Shown: one piece after another, positions 28,068-37,270 of the stretch | Numbering within the stretch: the first letter of the stretch is position 1 | Layout of the letters: the number at the start of each line of letters is the position of its first letter | IMG/VR virus record: IMGVR_UViG_3300028591_000070 | Span: 1 to 64,000 of that record | DNA length: 64,000 bases | Direction: 5' to 3' (one strand) | DNA from: a virus | Lineage: Duplodnaviria > Caudoviricetes | Position numbers and translations under genes: made by a program | The notes under the pieces: generated by a model | What the model saw: the letters and a program-made list of their open reading frames with translations, nothing else | Told to the model about the DNA's origin: nothing | Database searches by the model: none

Positions 28068-28976
28068 ATGAAACTTATTTTAGGAACAGTTGGTTCGCCT
28101 AATACGAAGTACGAAGATTTAGAAAAAATTTTCGATACAGTGTATGATCATTATGGAAAAGAAACTATTATTGATACTGGCCATGGTTATATGAAAAAAG
28201 ATGATGAAAATAATGCTGAAACATATATTGGCCGTTGGATTAAGGAAAGAGGTCTTACTCCAGAAAAAGATATTAAAGTTATCGATAAAGTTGGACTTTG
28301 GTATAATGAGAATAAAGATGGAGAGAGAAAAATTCAAGATCCATCTGAAATTTTAGATGAAATTTATCAGCGTCTTGGATTTATGCCTGAAACAATTTTA
28401 ATTCATGCTTTGAAAGATTCACAGTCAATCTCAGATGAACGCTATTTGGAGTTAGCTCAGCTTATTGAAGACACAGCTGACATTAAAGAATCTGGCTTTA
28501 GTGCTCACATGGAATTTGAGCCTCTTATTATGTGGCTTCAGAAACTTAAAGAATTTTCAAAACAGAAATATGCTATGCTTCCTTATTCAGTATTAAGTGA
28601 TATTCCTAATATTTGGCATGATGAACAAGGAAAACATTTTAGCCAGAATAAAAATATTTATGGCATAGATGTTTGGCCAAATTGTACAAAAGAAGGTTTT
28701 AAGGTTGCCAAAGATTTAGGCTATGATACAATTATTATGATGCCTCGCGAACAAGGAAAGATTACACAAATCAGCTATGCTCCTCTTTGGCAGAATTGGT
28801 GTTTTAGATATGCTTGTATGAATGAACATGCGGATTATATAGCAGAGTCATCTTTAAATCCAGTGCATATTAAAGAAGATATTGCCATTGCAGAAGGCGA
28901 ATGGTATCATCAAACAAATCGTGAAGGTTTAAGAGACAAAATTATTGCTGAGTCAGAAGAACTTGGAAATTGGTAA
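28068..28976 (+). CDS. aldo/keto reductase family protein
   Basis: LILGT, IDTGHGY, ETYIG, ILIH, GFSAH. Confidence 0.75.
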   Translation: MKLILGTVGSPNTKYEDLEKIFDTVYDHYGKETIIDTGHGYMKKDDENNAETYIGRWIKERGLTPEKDIKVIDKVGLWYNENKDGERKIQDPSEILDEIYQRLGFMPETILIHALKDSQSISDERYLELAQLIEDTADIKESGFSAHMEFEPLIMWLQKLKEFSKQKYAMLPYSVLSDIPNIWHDEQGKHFSQNKNIYGIDVWPNCTKEGFKVAKDLGYDTIIMMPREQGKITQISYAPLWQNWCFRYACMNEHADYIAESSLNPVHIKEDIAIAEGEWYHQTNREGLRDKIIAESEELGNW

Positions 28977-28988
28977 GGAGAATATAGA

Positions 28989-30212
28989 ATGGCAGAAATT
29001 AGTATTATAGCATATGGTGATGGCGTTTGTTTAAATGACCACGATAGAAATCCTTACGGAAATGAAAAATATGGTCTTTGTGCTTATTGTTCAGGCTCTA
29101 ATAACTGGAATAAATCAAATGCGGTTGCTTCTCAGATTAAAGAATGGGCTGATTGGGATAAATTGGAAAAATCTCTAGAAGAAAATCCTCTTATTCAAAA
29201 AGCGATTAAAAATAAAGAAATTATTACTTGGAATCTTTGGGGTGCAAACCCTGATACTCCTATTCCAATTGCAGATGGATTAGATAGTCCTTTAGAAAGA
29301 TCTCAAGCAATCATAGATTTCTGTGAAGATTTTTCTGGTAGGCATGACATTTTTAGACAGTATTTCGTTTCTACTAATGGATTTTGGCTTACAGATAAAA
29401 GAGTTCAAGATTTTTATACAAAAAATCCTAAAATGCATCTTCAATTATCTTATGATGGTCTTGGTAATTATGTAAGACAAGGTCCATTTGACCCACTTTG
29501 GGATAAAGAAACCGGTCCTATTTTAGCTGATTTTGCAAAAAAAGGCATTTTTGACTTAATAAATATTACAATGACTCGTCAAAATAATTCTTTATTGGCA
29601 AACGTTGCCCTCATAAATAAATGGAGATCTGATAATGGGCTTATGAACCTTGAACATTTTAGTGTTAAGACAAATCATATTAATGATAGTCCATATTGTG
29701 ATCATTGGAATTTTAAAGGTAAATCATTAAATACTTACATTAATGAACTTGAGCGTTTGTTTATTATGACAAAATATGGAAATATTTCTTCCAACCCATA
29801 TTGGAAACCATATACTGATTATTTTATGAATCAACTGGTTAGATGGGACCCTTATTCTGGAGATAACTCATGTGGAATGTATTCTATTTTTGTTAATGGG
29901 CAAGATCCAAATGACCCTATTAAACATAGGTCTCAGAATTATAACTGGTCTATTAATACTTTAGGAGAATATGTTGTTTGTCAATTGATTGATAAACCAA
30001 CTGACGTGCCAAATCCACATTTAACTCGTCCAGCTATGTGTGAGAAATGTGAATATGGTTGGATGAATGAATGCCATCCTTGTCCAGACAATGTTAATAA
30101 TCCAGACTGTCAGTATAAAAAAGAATATGCTCGTTTGATGCTTCGTATGAAACTTATGAATGACATTATTCAAGTAGGTGGGCAGCATCAATGTAATTGC
30201 TCAAATAAATAA
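28989..30212 (+). CDS. radical SAM/SPASM protein with atypical Cx16Cx2C motif
   Basis: C-LNDHDRNPYGNEKYGL-CAYC, LWGANP, STNG, QLSYDG; C-terminal CG...CQL...CEKC..ECHPC..DC. Confidence 0.8.
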   Translation: MAEISIIAYGDGVCLNDHDRNPYGNEKYGLCAYCSGSNNWNKSNAVASQIKEWADWDKLEKSLEENPLIQKAIKNKEIITWNLWGANPDTPIPIADGLDSPLERSQAIIDFCEDFSGRHDIFRQYFVSTNGFWLTDKRVQDFYTKNPKMHLQLSYDGLGNYVRQGPFDPLWDKETGPILADFAKKGIFDLINITMTRQNNSLLANVALINKWRSDNGLMNLEHFSVKTNHINDSPYCDHWNFKGKSLNTYINELERLFIMTKYGNISSNPYWKPYTDYFMNQLVRWDPYSGDNSCGMYSIFVNGQDPNDPIKHRSQNYNWSINTLGEYVVCQLIDKPTDVPNPHLTRPAMCEKCEYGWMNECHPCPDNVNNPDCQYKKEYARLMLRMKLMNDIIQVGGQHQCNCSNK

Positions 30213-30225
30213 TACTAATTAAATT

Positions 30226-31995
30226 ATGGAAATGCATAAATCATCCTTTGAAGTTCCTTCAAAGGATTATAAAAAACAAATTACTAATGGAATATATTCT
30301 CTAAAAGTTGAGGCTGGTTCTCTTAATATTGTTGATGCTCTTAAAAGCTTTATTGATTATGATAAAGTAGCCATTGTTACTAGGCATAGTATAAGAGGTG
30401 AAGATTATTCTGCTTCAGGACCATTAACTGATTTAGGAAAAACTGCAGCAGAAAATATTGGTAAGCAATTAAAAGCTGAATTTGGTGAAAGGTCTATTGC
30501 ATTATATTCAACTGATACTGTAAGAACTAGAGATACAGCATCTCTTATAAATAAAGGTTGGAACGATGCTGAGACTTCCGAGATTGATACCTCAAAAGAT
30601 ATTATTAATGGAGGTTATTTTGAAGTTTCTGGTTCATGGCCAGAAATTACTGAAAGTGTACAAACTCCAGAATTTAAAAATAAAGTTGAAACATGGAAAT
30701 CTAATTTTATAAGTGAAATGCCTGATGGCTTATCATGGTGGGTAAGCCATGACTCATTATTAGTTCCACTTGTTTATAATATTTCTGATTTTAATCCTGA
30801 GAAATATAAACAGCTTTATAAGTTTGAATATTTACCATGGGTTTCACCTTTATCTGGAATTATTATTGCCATTAAAAACAATGATATTCAGATTAAGGTT
30901 ATTAGCTGTTTAGAAACAGGTTTTATTAGTAGTAATGACTATAATCATGACTATACAGAAGATGTTGAAAATCCAGAAGAATTACGCAAAAAAAATTTAG
31001 TAGCAACAACATTTACTCATCCAAAAGTTGATAATACTTATAAGTCAAAACCAGATTTATCTTATATATTTGATCAATCTGATACAAATAGTAATCCACT
31101 TTATTGTGATTCCACTTATGCAGGTTGTGGTCAATGTGTATCTTGCCAGAATTGCGATAATGGATGTCAAACATCTTGTCAAGGGTGTGATGGATGTAAC
31201 TCTTGTCAAACATGCTTCTCATGTCAAGCAAAGTGTCAGACTGAAGGATATTCTTGGACAGTATATAAAGAAAAAATTACTGAATGTACATCATGTGTAT
31301 CTTGTCGAGATTGTGTAGGTGGTTATACTAAAAAATACGTCACTGATTGTAATCCTTGTAATTCATGCTATGGTCAACAACAAGTTAAAACTTGGTCTCA
31401 GTGTTCTGGATGTCAATGGGGATGTACAGGCTGTAACTTATGCAATGGCTGTAATGATGGTTGTACTTCTAATGGCCAAGGCTGTTCTTCTTGCCATAAT
31501 AGTTGTACAGGTTGTAGAGCTTGTTATGGCTGTCGTTCTGGATGTACAGCAGGAACAAGTCATACCCAGTCTTGTTCATATTATTATTCTGGTGGATGTA
31601 GTCCTTGTAATTCTTGTGATCAATGTACTTCTTGTAATTCTTGTACTGGAAATTGTTGGGGATGTGATGGGTGTACAACTTGTACAGCATGTCAAAGTTG
31701 TGCTAGTTGTCAAACTTGTACAGCTTCTTGTCAGTCTACCTGCTATAATGGTTGTATAAGTTGTAATTCTCAGACAACTGTAACAGAATGGAGATGTGAT
31801 GGTTGTACTCAAGAACAACCTGTTACAAGATGTGTTCCAGGATGCGAAACTACTTGTTATGCCGGATGTACAAATACATATGATAATAGATGGAAAAGAT
31901 ATAATTGTTCAGATAAATGTATGACTTGTGTGGGTATCGATGCTTATGCATGTACTTCTTGTTATCAAAAAAATTATGATGTGGAGTATAAATAA
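30226..31995 (+). CDS. histidine phosphatase domain fused to a long CxxC/CxxxC-repeat region
   Basis: TRHS...LTDLG...STDTVRTRDTA...VSHD; ~64 Cys (hand count) in the C-terminal ~290 aa. Confidence 0.8.
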   Translation: MEMHKSSFEVPSKDYKKQITNGIYSLKVEAGSLNIVDALKSFIDYDKVAIVTRHSIRGEDYSASGPLTDLGKTAAENIGKQLKAEFGERSIALYSTDTVRTRDTASLINKGWNDAETSEIDTSKDIINGGYFEVSGSWPEITESVQTPEFKNKVETWKSNFISEMPDGLSWWVSHDSLLVPLVYNISDFNPEKYKQLYKFEYLPWVSPLSGIIIAIKNNDIQIKVISCLETGFISSNDYNHDYTEDVENPEELRKKNLVATTFTHPKVDNTYKSKPDLSYIFDQSDTNSNPLYCDSTYAGCGQCVSCQNCDNGCQTSCQGCDGCNSCQTCFSCQAKCQTEGYSWTVYKEKITECTSCVSCRDCVGGYTKKYVTDCNPCNSCYGQQQVKTWSQCSGCQWGCTGCNLCNGCNDGCTSNGQGCSSCHNSCTGCRACYGCRSGCTAGTSHTQSCSYYYSGGCSPCNSCDQCTSCNSCTGNCWGCDGCTTCTACQSCASCQTCTASCQSTCYNGCISCNSQTTVTEWRCDGCTQEQPVTRCVPGCETTCYAGCTNTYDNRWKRYNCSDKCMTCVGIDAYACTSCYQKNYDVEYK

Positions 31996-33564
31996 ATGGA
32001 ATTACTAAAAGATGAACAAATAACCTTAAATATAGATGGTTTCGTTATTTCACAGAACCTTCATAATAAAGCCACAGCAACAAGTTTATTTGGTATTACT
32101 AATAAAGATAACTTAAATATAGGCCATGACGATAGAACATGGGTTTTAGAGAAAGATATTATTTGTGATACTTGTAATAGATGTGTAGGATGCCAAACTT
32201 GCGTAAGCTGTAATAACTGTGTTGATACAGTAGGATGTAATAATAATTGTCAAGGATGCACTGGAAGTTGTACAGGCTGTGCTAGTGGCTGCTATGATAC
32301 TTGCTTTGGTGATTGTTATACCTGTCAAGATTGCCAAGCAGGATGTACTTCTTGTAATGCTTGTACAGCAGGATGCGATGGTGGATGTCAGACAGAATGT
32401 TATGTCTGTGTAAGTTGCGATGGCTGTGTCGGCTGTAATGGTGATTGCGTTGGTTGTTTTAATGGATGTCAGGAATCTTGTCAAAACTGTACTGGCTGCG
32501 CTAGCTGTACTGCTTGTGTATCTTGTCAAACAGGCTGTCAAACAGGTTGCCATGATAATTGTCTAGGAGGATGTACTACTAGTACTACTGGTGCTTGTAC
32601 CACAATATGTCAAACACACTGTCAAACTTGTACAGGATGTGATAATAGCTGCCATGGTGGATGTACATTATGTAATGGCTGTACAAGTGGATGTACTACT
32701 AGCTGCCATATAGGTTGTCAAACAGGTTGTACAACTGCATGCCAGATGTGTACGGGTGATTCTTGCGCTAATTGCAATAGTTGTAATAGCTGTACAAGCT
32801 ATAATGGTGGTTGTCCTTCTGGATATACTATATGTAGTCCTTGTGTAGGAACATATAGCTGTGGTAGTAGCCAAGGTTCAGCATGTTCACCATGTTATGG
32901 ATCTAATCACGGTGGTCAAGATACCCCAGAAGATCCAGGGGAAGAACCAAAACAAAAAGAAGTAGACATTAATTGCTTAAACAGAGCCACAGGTGGAACT
33001 GAAGCAGGACTAAATACAGGTTGTCAAACAGCACCATATAATGCAGCAGATATAAAAGAGCCACCAGAGTATAAAGGCCCACCAGCTTGGAATCAATTAT
33101 CAGATCACGATAAAGTAGATAAATATAAAGAGCTTGGATATAAAGTAAATATTAAAGATACACCTGAAGATATTACTGGTATGGAGCTTAAAGCGCTTGA
33201 AGACCTATTCCCAGGAGCAGACCATGTTCAAACTGAATGGGACGAAGAAAGTGGAACCTTTACGGAATATGTGTATGATGAGGAAGGTAATTTATTAGGA
33301 ACTGCTAAATCAAAAGATCGAGGTGAATCATTTGAAGCTGAGTCGGTGCCTAATAAAAAAGGTAATAAAAAGAAAACTACAGGCATTAAAGTAAACAAAG
33401 GTGCAAAACCCCCTACAACTGATATGTCTAAAAAGCACACTAAAGAATATGATAGTGAAGGTAAACCAACAGGAAAAGAAACAGCAGCTGATGGATCAAC
33501 AGAAGTTGAAAACCCAGAAACAGGAGAAAAAGTAAATACTGGTCCTCAACCAGCTGGTTGTTAA
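31996..33564 (+). CDS. giant CxxC/CxxxC-repeat protein (putative radical SAM modification target)
   Basis: ~55 aa Cys-free N-terminus, ~65 Cys (hand count) in ~245 aa, then a charged low-complexity tail ending in Cys. Confidence 0.8.
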   Translation: MELLKDEQITLNIDGFVISQNLHNKATATSLFGITNKDNLNIGHDDRTWVLEKDIICDTCNRCVGCQTCVSCNNCVDTVGCNNNCQGCTGSCTGCASGCYDTCFGDCYTCQDCQAGCTSCNACTAGCDGGCQTECYVCVSCDGCVGCNGDCVGCFNGCQESCQNCTGCASCTACVSCQTGCQTGCHDNCLGGCTTSTTGACTTICQTHCQTCTGCDNSCHGGCTLCNGCTSGCTTSCHIGCQTGCTTACQMCTGDSCANCNSCNSCTSYNGGCPSGYTICSPCVGTYSCGSSQGSACSPCYGSNHGGQDTPEDPGEEPKQKEVDINCLNRATGGTEAGLNTGCQTAPYNAADIKEPPEYKGPPAWNQLSDHDKVDKYKELGYKVNIKDTPEDITGMELKALEDLFPGADHVQTEWDEESGTFTEYVYDEEGNLLGTAKSKDRGESFEAESVPNKKGNKKKTTGIKVNKGAKPPTTDMSKKHTKEYDSEGKPTGKETAADGSTEVENPETGEKVNTGPQPAGC

Positions 33565-33567
33565 AAT

Positions 33568-33599
33568 AAAAAAGAGAGGTCTTATGACCTCTCTTTTTT
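33568..33599. terminator. bidirectional intrinsic terminator
   Basis: AAAAAAGAGAGGTC-TTAT-GACCTCTCTTTTTT between convergent genes. Confidence 0.9.
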
Positions 33600-33600
33600 A

Positions 33601-34701
33601 TTATTTTTCCATAAACTTATTACGTTCTATTTTAACATCCAAATCAGATGTTACCAATTCATAATCTTCAGTAATTCTCCAAATATTTTTCATAAAATCT
33701 ATTACATTATTTCCACCAAGACCTCCAACCCAAACATCTGGAAGATGGCCAATACCTTCTGAGAAATTTGAGTCAGGAATAAAATCTCTAGTAGAGAGTA
33801 CCAAACTGAATTTATCTTTTTCAAAAACTATTTGTTTTGGGTCAATTCCTTCTAATAAACCATTTGTATTACTACCAATATAAATAGTTCTTTTATCATC
33901 TTTAAGAGCATAAATAAGACGTTCAGCAGCAGAACCAGTATTGTCAATAAGAACTATAATTTTCTTATATTTTGATTTTTTTATCTTTTCAGCAAAAGCT
34001 AATGCTGGATTTACTTTACCACCAGGGGCATTTAAGAGGTCGATTATCAAATATTCTTTTTTTGGAAGAGATAACTTATCAAATGTATCATTTTTAATAT
34101 GACTATTAAGTTTAATTACATAGGATTTTTTTGTTTCTAATATTGAAATTCCTTTACTAATTTCTTCCATTCCTACAAAATTTAATTTTGCGCCGGAATT
34201 ACCATTCATCCAATCATCACCTTTCCAATTAAACCAACTCCACTCACCAACTCTCCAATCTTTTTCACCATTACTTGGATAATAAAACATAGTTTCATTT
34301 TCAACATAACCTTTTTTCAACAATTCATCTTTTGTGCCATATTCATTTGAAAACTTTACCCATTTGCGATAACTTGGAGACTCAAGCCATTTTCCATTCT
34401 CATCTTTAATACTCAAACCATGATGATTATCAAGTGGCAACCAACCTTTCTCATCATTTGGTCTAAAAAATGACTCAATATATTCAAACATCTCACCATC
34501 AATTTTCATATTATCCAACTGATGAACATCAAAACCTCTCTCCACCATCTCAGGATAAAAAACATAATCAACCAAAGCTAACTCAATCTTTTTAATATCC
34601 TCATCAATATCATCTCTAATTACAGGATGAAGGAGGTCTTCTCCACAAACATTAAAAAGTGCGAAAATTACAAAAAATAAACTAATAATAAATTTCTTCA
34701 T
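33601..34701 (-). CDS. secreted S41-family (tail-specific) peptidase-like protein
   Basis: Signal peptide MKKFIISLFFVIFALF; LIIDL..APGG, TGSAAE, IGSNTNG, EGIGHLPD; start moved to 34701 (GAGG SD). Confidence 0.75.
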   Translation of the reverse strand: MKKFIISLFFVIFALFNVCGEDLLHPVIRDDIDEDIKKIELALVDYVFYPEMVERGFDVHQLDNMKIDGEMFEYIESFFRPNDEKGWLPLDNHHGLSIKDENGKWLESPSYRKWVKFSNEYGTKDELLKKGYVENETMFYYPSNGEKDWRVGEWSWFNWKGDDWMNGNSGAKLNFVGMEEISKGISILETKKSYVIKLNSHIKNDTFDKLSLPKKEYLIIDLLNAPGGKVNPALAFAEKIKKSKYKKIIVLIDNTGSAAERLIYALKDDKRTIYIGSNTNGLLEGIDPKQIVFEKDKFSLVLSTRDFIPDSNFSEGIGHLPDVWVGGLGGNNVIDFMKNIWRITEDYELVTSDLDVKIERNKFMEK

Positions 34702-34720
34702 ATCTATTACCTCTATATAG

Positions 34721-34749
34721 AATATACTTATTATATTAAATTTATTCAA
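34721..34749 (-). promoter_or_regulatory. sigma70-like promoter
   Basis: TTGAAT-N17-TATATT on the - strand. Confidence 0.65.
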
Positions 34750-34767
34750 AAAATACTAAATTTTAAT

Positions 34768-35721
34768 ATGGAAACAAAATACTTAGATGTTCATATTATT
34801 TATAGTGATAAAGATAAAAAATATTTACCGAAATTGTTACAACAATACAAAAAATTTAAAATCGAAAATTCTATATATGATTGGGAATTATCATTAAAAG
34901 TTCATAATAATTCTGGAATTAACAATATAGGTCAATTTCAAAGAAGATTAGAAATTATAAAAGATGCGCCTGAAGATCATTATATTTGGTTTATAGATGG
35001 AGATGACGAGATTATTGGAAACGCAAACCTTAAAAATTGCCCAGAAAATGATATAGACATTTATATTTTTGCTTATAAAGGATTTGCTCAGCTTCCATCA
35101 AAAAAAGTAATTGTTGTTGATGAAAAATATTTATTTAAAGATACGTTCTTTAATAAAGAAAAAGGAGATTATTTTTTTGAAGGACCTAGAGGTATGTCTA
35201 ACCTAACACATATAGGTGGTGGGGCATTATGGAATAAATGGATAAAAGTAAAATGTTGGCATAATTTATTTAATTATCTTAAAAATATGAATTATGAAAA
35301 TATTAGACCTAATAGCTCTGAAGATTGTTTTTATAGTTTATATGCCTTAAATAATGCAAACTATATTTTTTATTCAATAAATCCTATATATCAATATAGA
35401 AATGATAGGTCCATAGTATTTAATCCCACAAATAATATTATTAAGTATCAATCATTTTTAAATTTTAGAAAAAACCATAAAGAAGTTACTGAAGCTATAC
35501 GAGGATTAAATATTCCTTATATTGAAGATTTCTTTATAGCTGATAGATGTTGTCACTTAGAAAAAGCTTTATTGTGTGTCGAGATTAAAAAAGCTTTACA
35601 AGATGTTGTAGATGAATTTGGTAAAGAAACAATAATATATGTTTTAGAAAATTATGATGCTAGAGTAAATTCTTGTCACCCTATGGTAAAACATCTTGCT
35701 TATAAATATTTGACTAAATAG
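34768..35721 (+). CDS. GT2-family glycosyltransferase
   Basis: GQFQRR, YIWFIDGDDEI, LWNKWIK, SEDCFY. Confidence 0.85.
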   Translation: METKYLDVHIIYSDKDKKYLPKLLQQYKKFKIENSIYDWELSLKVHNNSGINNIGQFQRRLEIIKDAPEDHYIWFIDGDDEIIGNANLKNCPENDIDIYIFAYKGFAQLPSKKVIVVDEKYLFKDTFFNKEKGDYFFEGPRGMSNLTHIGGGALWNKWIKVKCWHNLFNYLKNMNYENIRPNSSEDCFYSLYALNNANYIFYSINPIYQYRNDRSIVFNPTNNIIKYQSFLNFRKNHKEVTEAIRGLNIPYIEDFFIADRCCHLEKALLCVEIKKALQDVVDEFGKETIIYVLENYDARVNSCHPMVKHLAYKYLTK

Positions 35722-35724
35722 ATT

Positions 35725-36189
35725 ATGGAAATACAGAAGCAATTTTTACGAAAAGGTAGAGATTATAATAGATCTGGAGCTCAGTTAAGACCTAAACTGA
35801 TTGGTTTATATGAATTAAAAGATAATCTACCTAATATGCTTGCTTCCAATGTGGTTTCACATCAAGATGAAGGCATTACAACTGTTTTTCATTTTGTAGT
35901 AGATGGCAAAGGAAATGTAATTCAAGCTGTTCCTTTAAATGAAAAAGCAAGATTTATGCCAACCTACTATATGAATGAATTGGTTTCTATATTAGTGGTT
36001 CCATCTAATGTAGATGGAAGTTTATCAGATAAACAGTATGAAAGTTTAGTCGAGCTTGTAAAATATATTAAAGCTACTTGTGGATTAAAGGACATTAGAG
36101 AATTAAATATGAGATGTTTTACAGATCCTGATAAATTTAATGAGTTTATATTAGAAACTGAAAATATTAATACAAATGTTCCAAAATAA
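35725..36189 (+). CDS. Amidase_2/PGRP-like protein, apparently catalytically degenerate
   Basis: HFVVDGKGNVIQAVPLNEKA, SDKQYESLVELV; expected Zn-ligand His residues appear absent. Confidence 0.6.
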   Translation: MEIQKQFLRKGRDYNRSGAQLRPKLIGLYELKDNLPNMLASNVVSHQDEGITTVFHFVVDGKGNVIQAVPLNEKARFMPTYYMNELVSILVVPSNVDGSLSDKQYESLVELVKYIKATCGLKDIRELNMRCFTDPDKFNEFILETENINTNVPK

Positions 36190-37270
36190 ATACGACTTTT
36201 TAATAGTAGGCTCAGGTTTATATGGGCTTACTTGGAATAGGCTAGCACAAGAAAAAGGTAAAAGTTGTCTTATCATAGAAAAAAGAGATAGAATTGGCGG
36301 AAATATAATTACAGAAAACTGGAAAGGAATTCCCATTCATAAATATGGCCCACACATTTTCCATACAAATAACAAAGAAGTTTGGGATTTTGTAAATAAA
36401 AATTGTAAGATTGAATCATATATAAATCAACCTGTTGCTTGGAATAAAAAACTTTATAATTTACCATTTAATATGAATACATTTTATCAAGTCTTTGATA
36501 CAAAAAACATTGATAAAATAAAAGAAATAATTCAAAGAGATATAAAAGAGTCGGGAATTAAAAATCCGAAAAATCTTGAAGAACAAGCTATTTCGATGGT
36601 TGGAACTACCATTTATGAGATACTTATAAAGCATTATACTGAAAAACAATGGGGAAGACCTTGTTCTGAATTACCAGCAGGTATAATTAAAAGATTACCT
36701 CTTAGATGGACTTTTGATAATAATTATTTCAATGCAGATTACCAAGGAATGCCACATTATAATGAATTGGTAGAGAATCTTTCAAAGGGTGCTGATATTT
36801 TAGTTAATACAGATTATTTTTTAGATAAAGAAAAGTTTAATTCATTAGCTGACCGAATAATTTATACTGGACCAATTGATGAGTTTTTTAATTATAAATA
36901 TGGAAAATTAGATTGGCGAACTGTAAGATGGGAAAATGAAGAGAAACATTGCGATAATTTTCTTGGTGCAGCTATAATGAATTTTACTGGGCCTGAAGAA
37001 AAATATACAAGAATTATTGAACATAGACATTTTTATAAAGACCAAAGTAAATTTCCAAAAGAAACCTTAATTTCATATGAATATTCAGAAGAATATGAAG
37101 CTGGAAAAGAAAAATTTTATCCAATAAATGATGAAAAAAATAATAAAATTTTAAGTCTATATCAGAAAGAAATAAGTGATAAATTTATTTTTGGTGGAAG
37201 ATTGGCAGAGTACAAGTATTATGATATGGATAAAGTTATTGAAAAATGTTTTAATGACTTTAAGGCATAA
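36176..37270 (+). CDS. glf: UDP-galactopyranose mutase
   Basis: IVGSGLYG, RIGGN, HKYGPHIFHT, YTEKQWG, NNYF, YTGPID, TRIIEH, GRLAEYKYYDMD. Confidence 0.97.
   Translation: MFQNKYDFLIVGSGLYGLTWNRLAQEKGKSCLIIEKRDRIGGNIITENWKGIPIHKYGPHIFHTNNKEVWDFVNKNCKIESYINQPVAWNKKLYNLPFNMNTFYQVFDTKNIDKIKEIIQRDIKESGIKNPKNLEEQAISMVGTTIYEILIKHYTEKQWGRPCSELPAGIIKRLPLRWTFDNNYFNADYQGMPHYNELVENLSKGADILVNTDYFLDKEKFNSLADRIIYTGPIDEFFNYKYGKLDWRTVRWENEEKHCDNFLGAAIMNFTGPEEKYTRIIEHRHFYKDQSKFPKETLISYEYSEEYEAGKEKFYPINDEKNNKILSLYQKEISDKFIFGGRLAEYKYYDMDKVIEKCFNDFKA

Noticed and set aside
31013-32874. Alternative-frame and antisense ORFs over the Cys repeats (Val-rich, Thr/Ala-rich)
   Set aside because: These are shadows of the repeated TGT/TGC codons and have no independent start signals
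31105-32895. Multiheme cytochrome c interpretation of the Cys-rich proteins
   Set aside because: Only one CxxCH (CSSCH) and three CxxxCH among ~130 Cys; no signal peptides; no maturation genes visible
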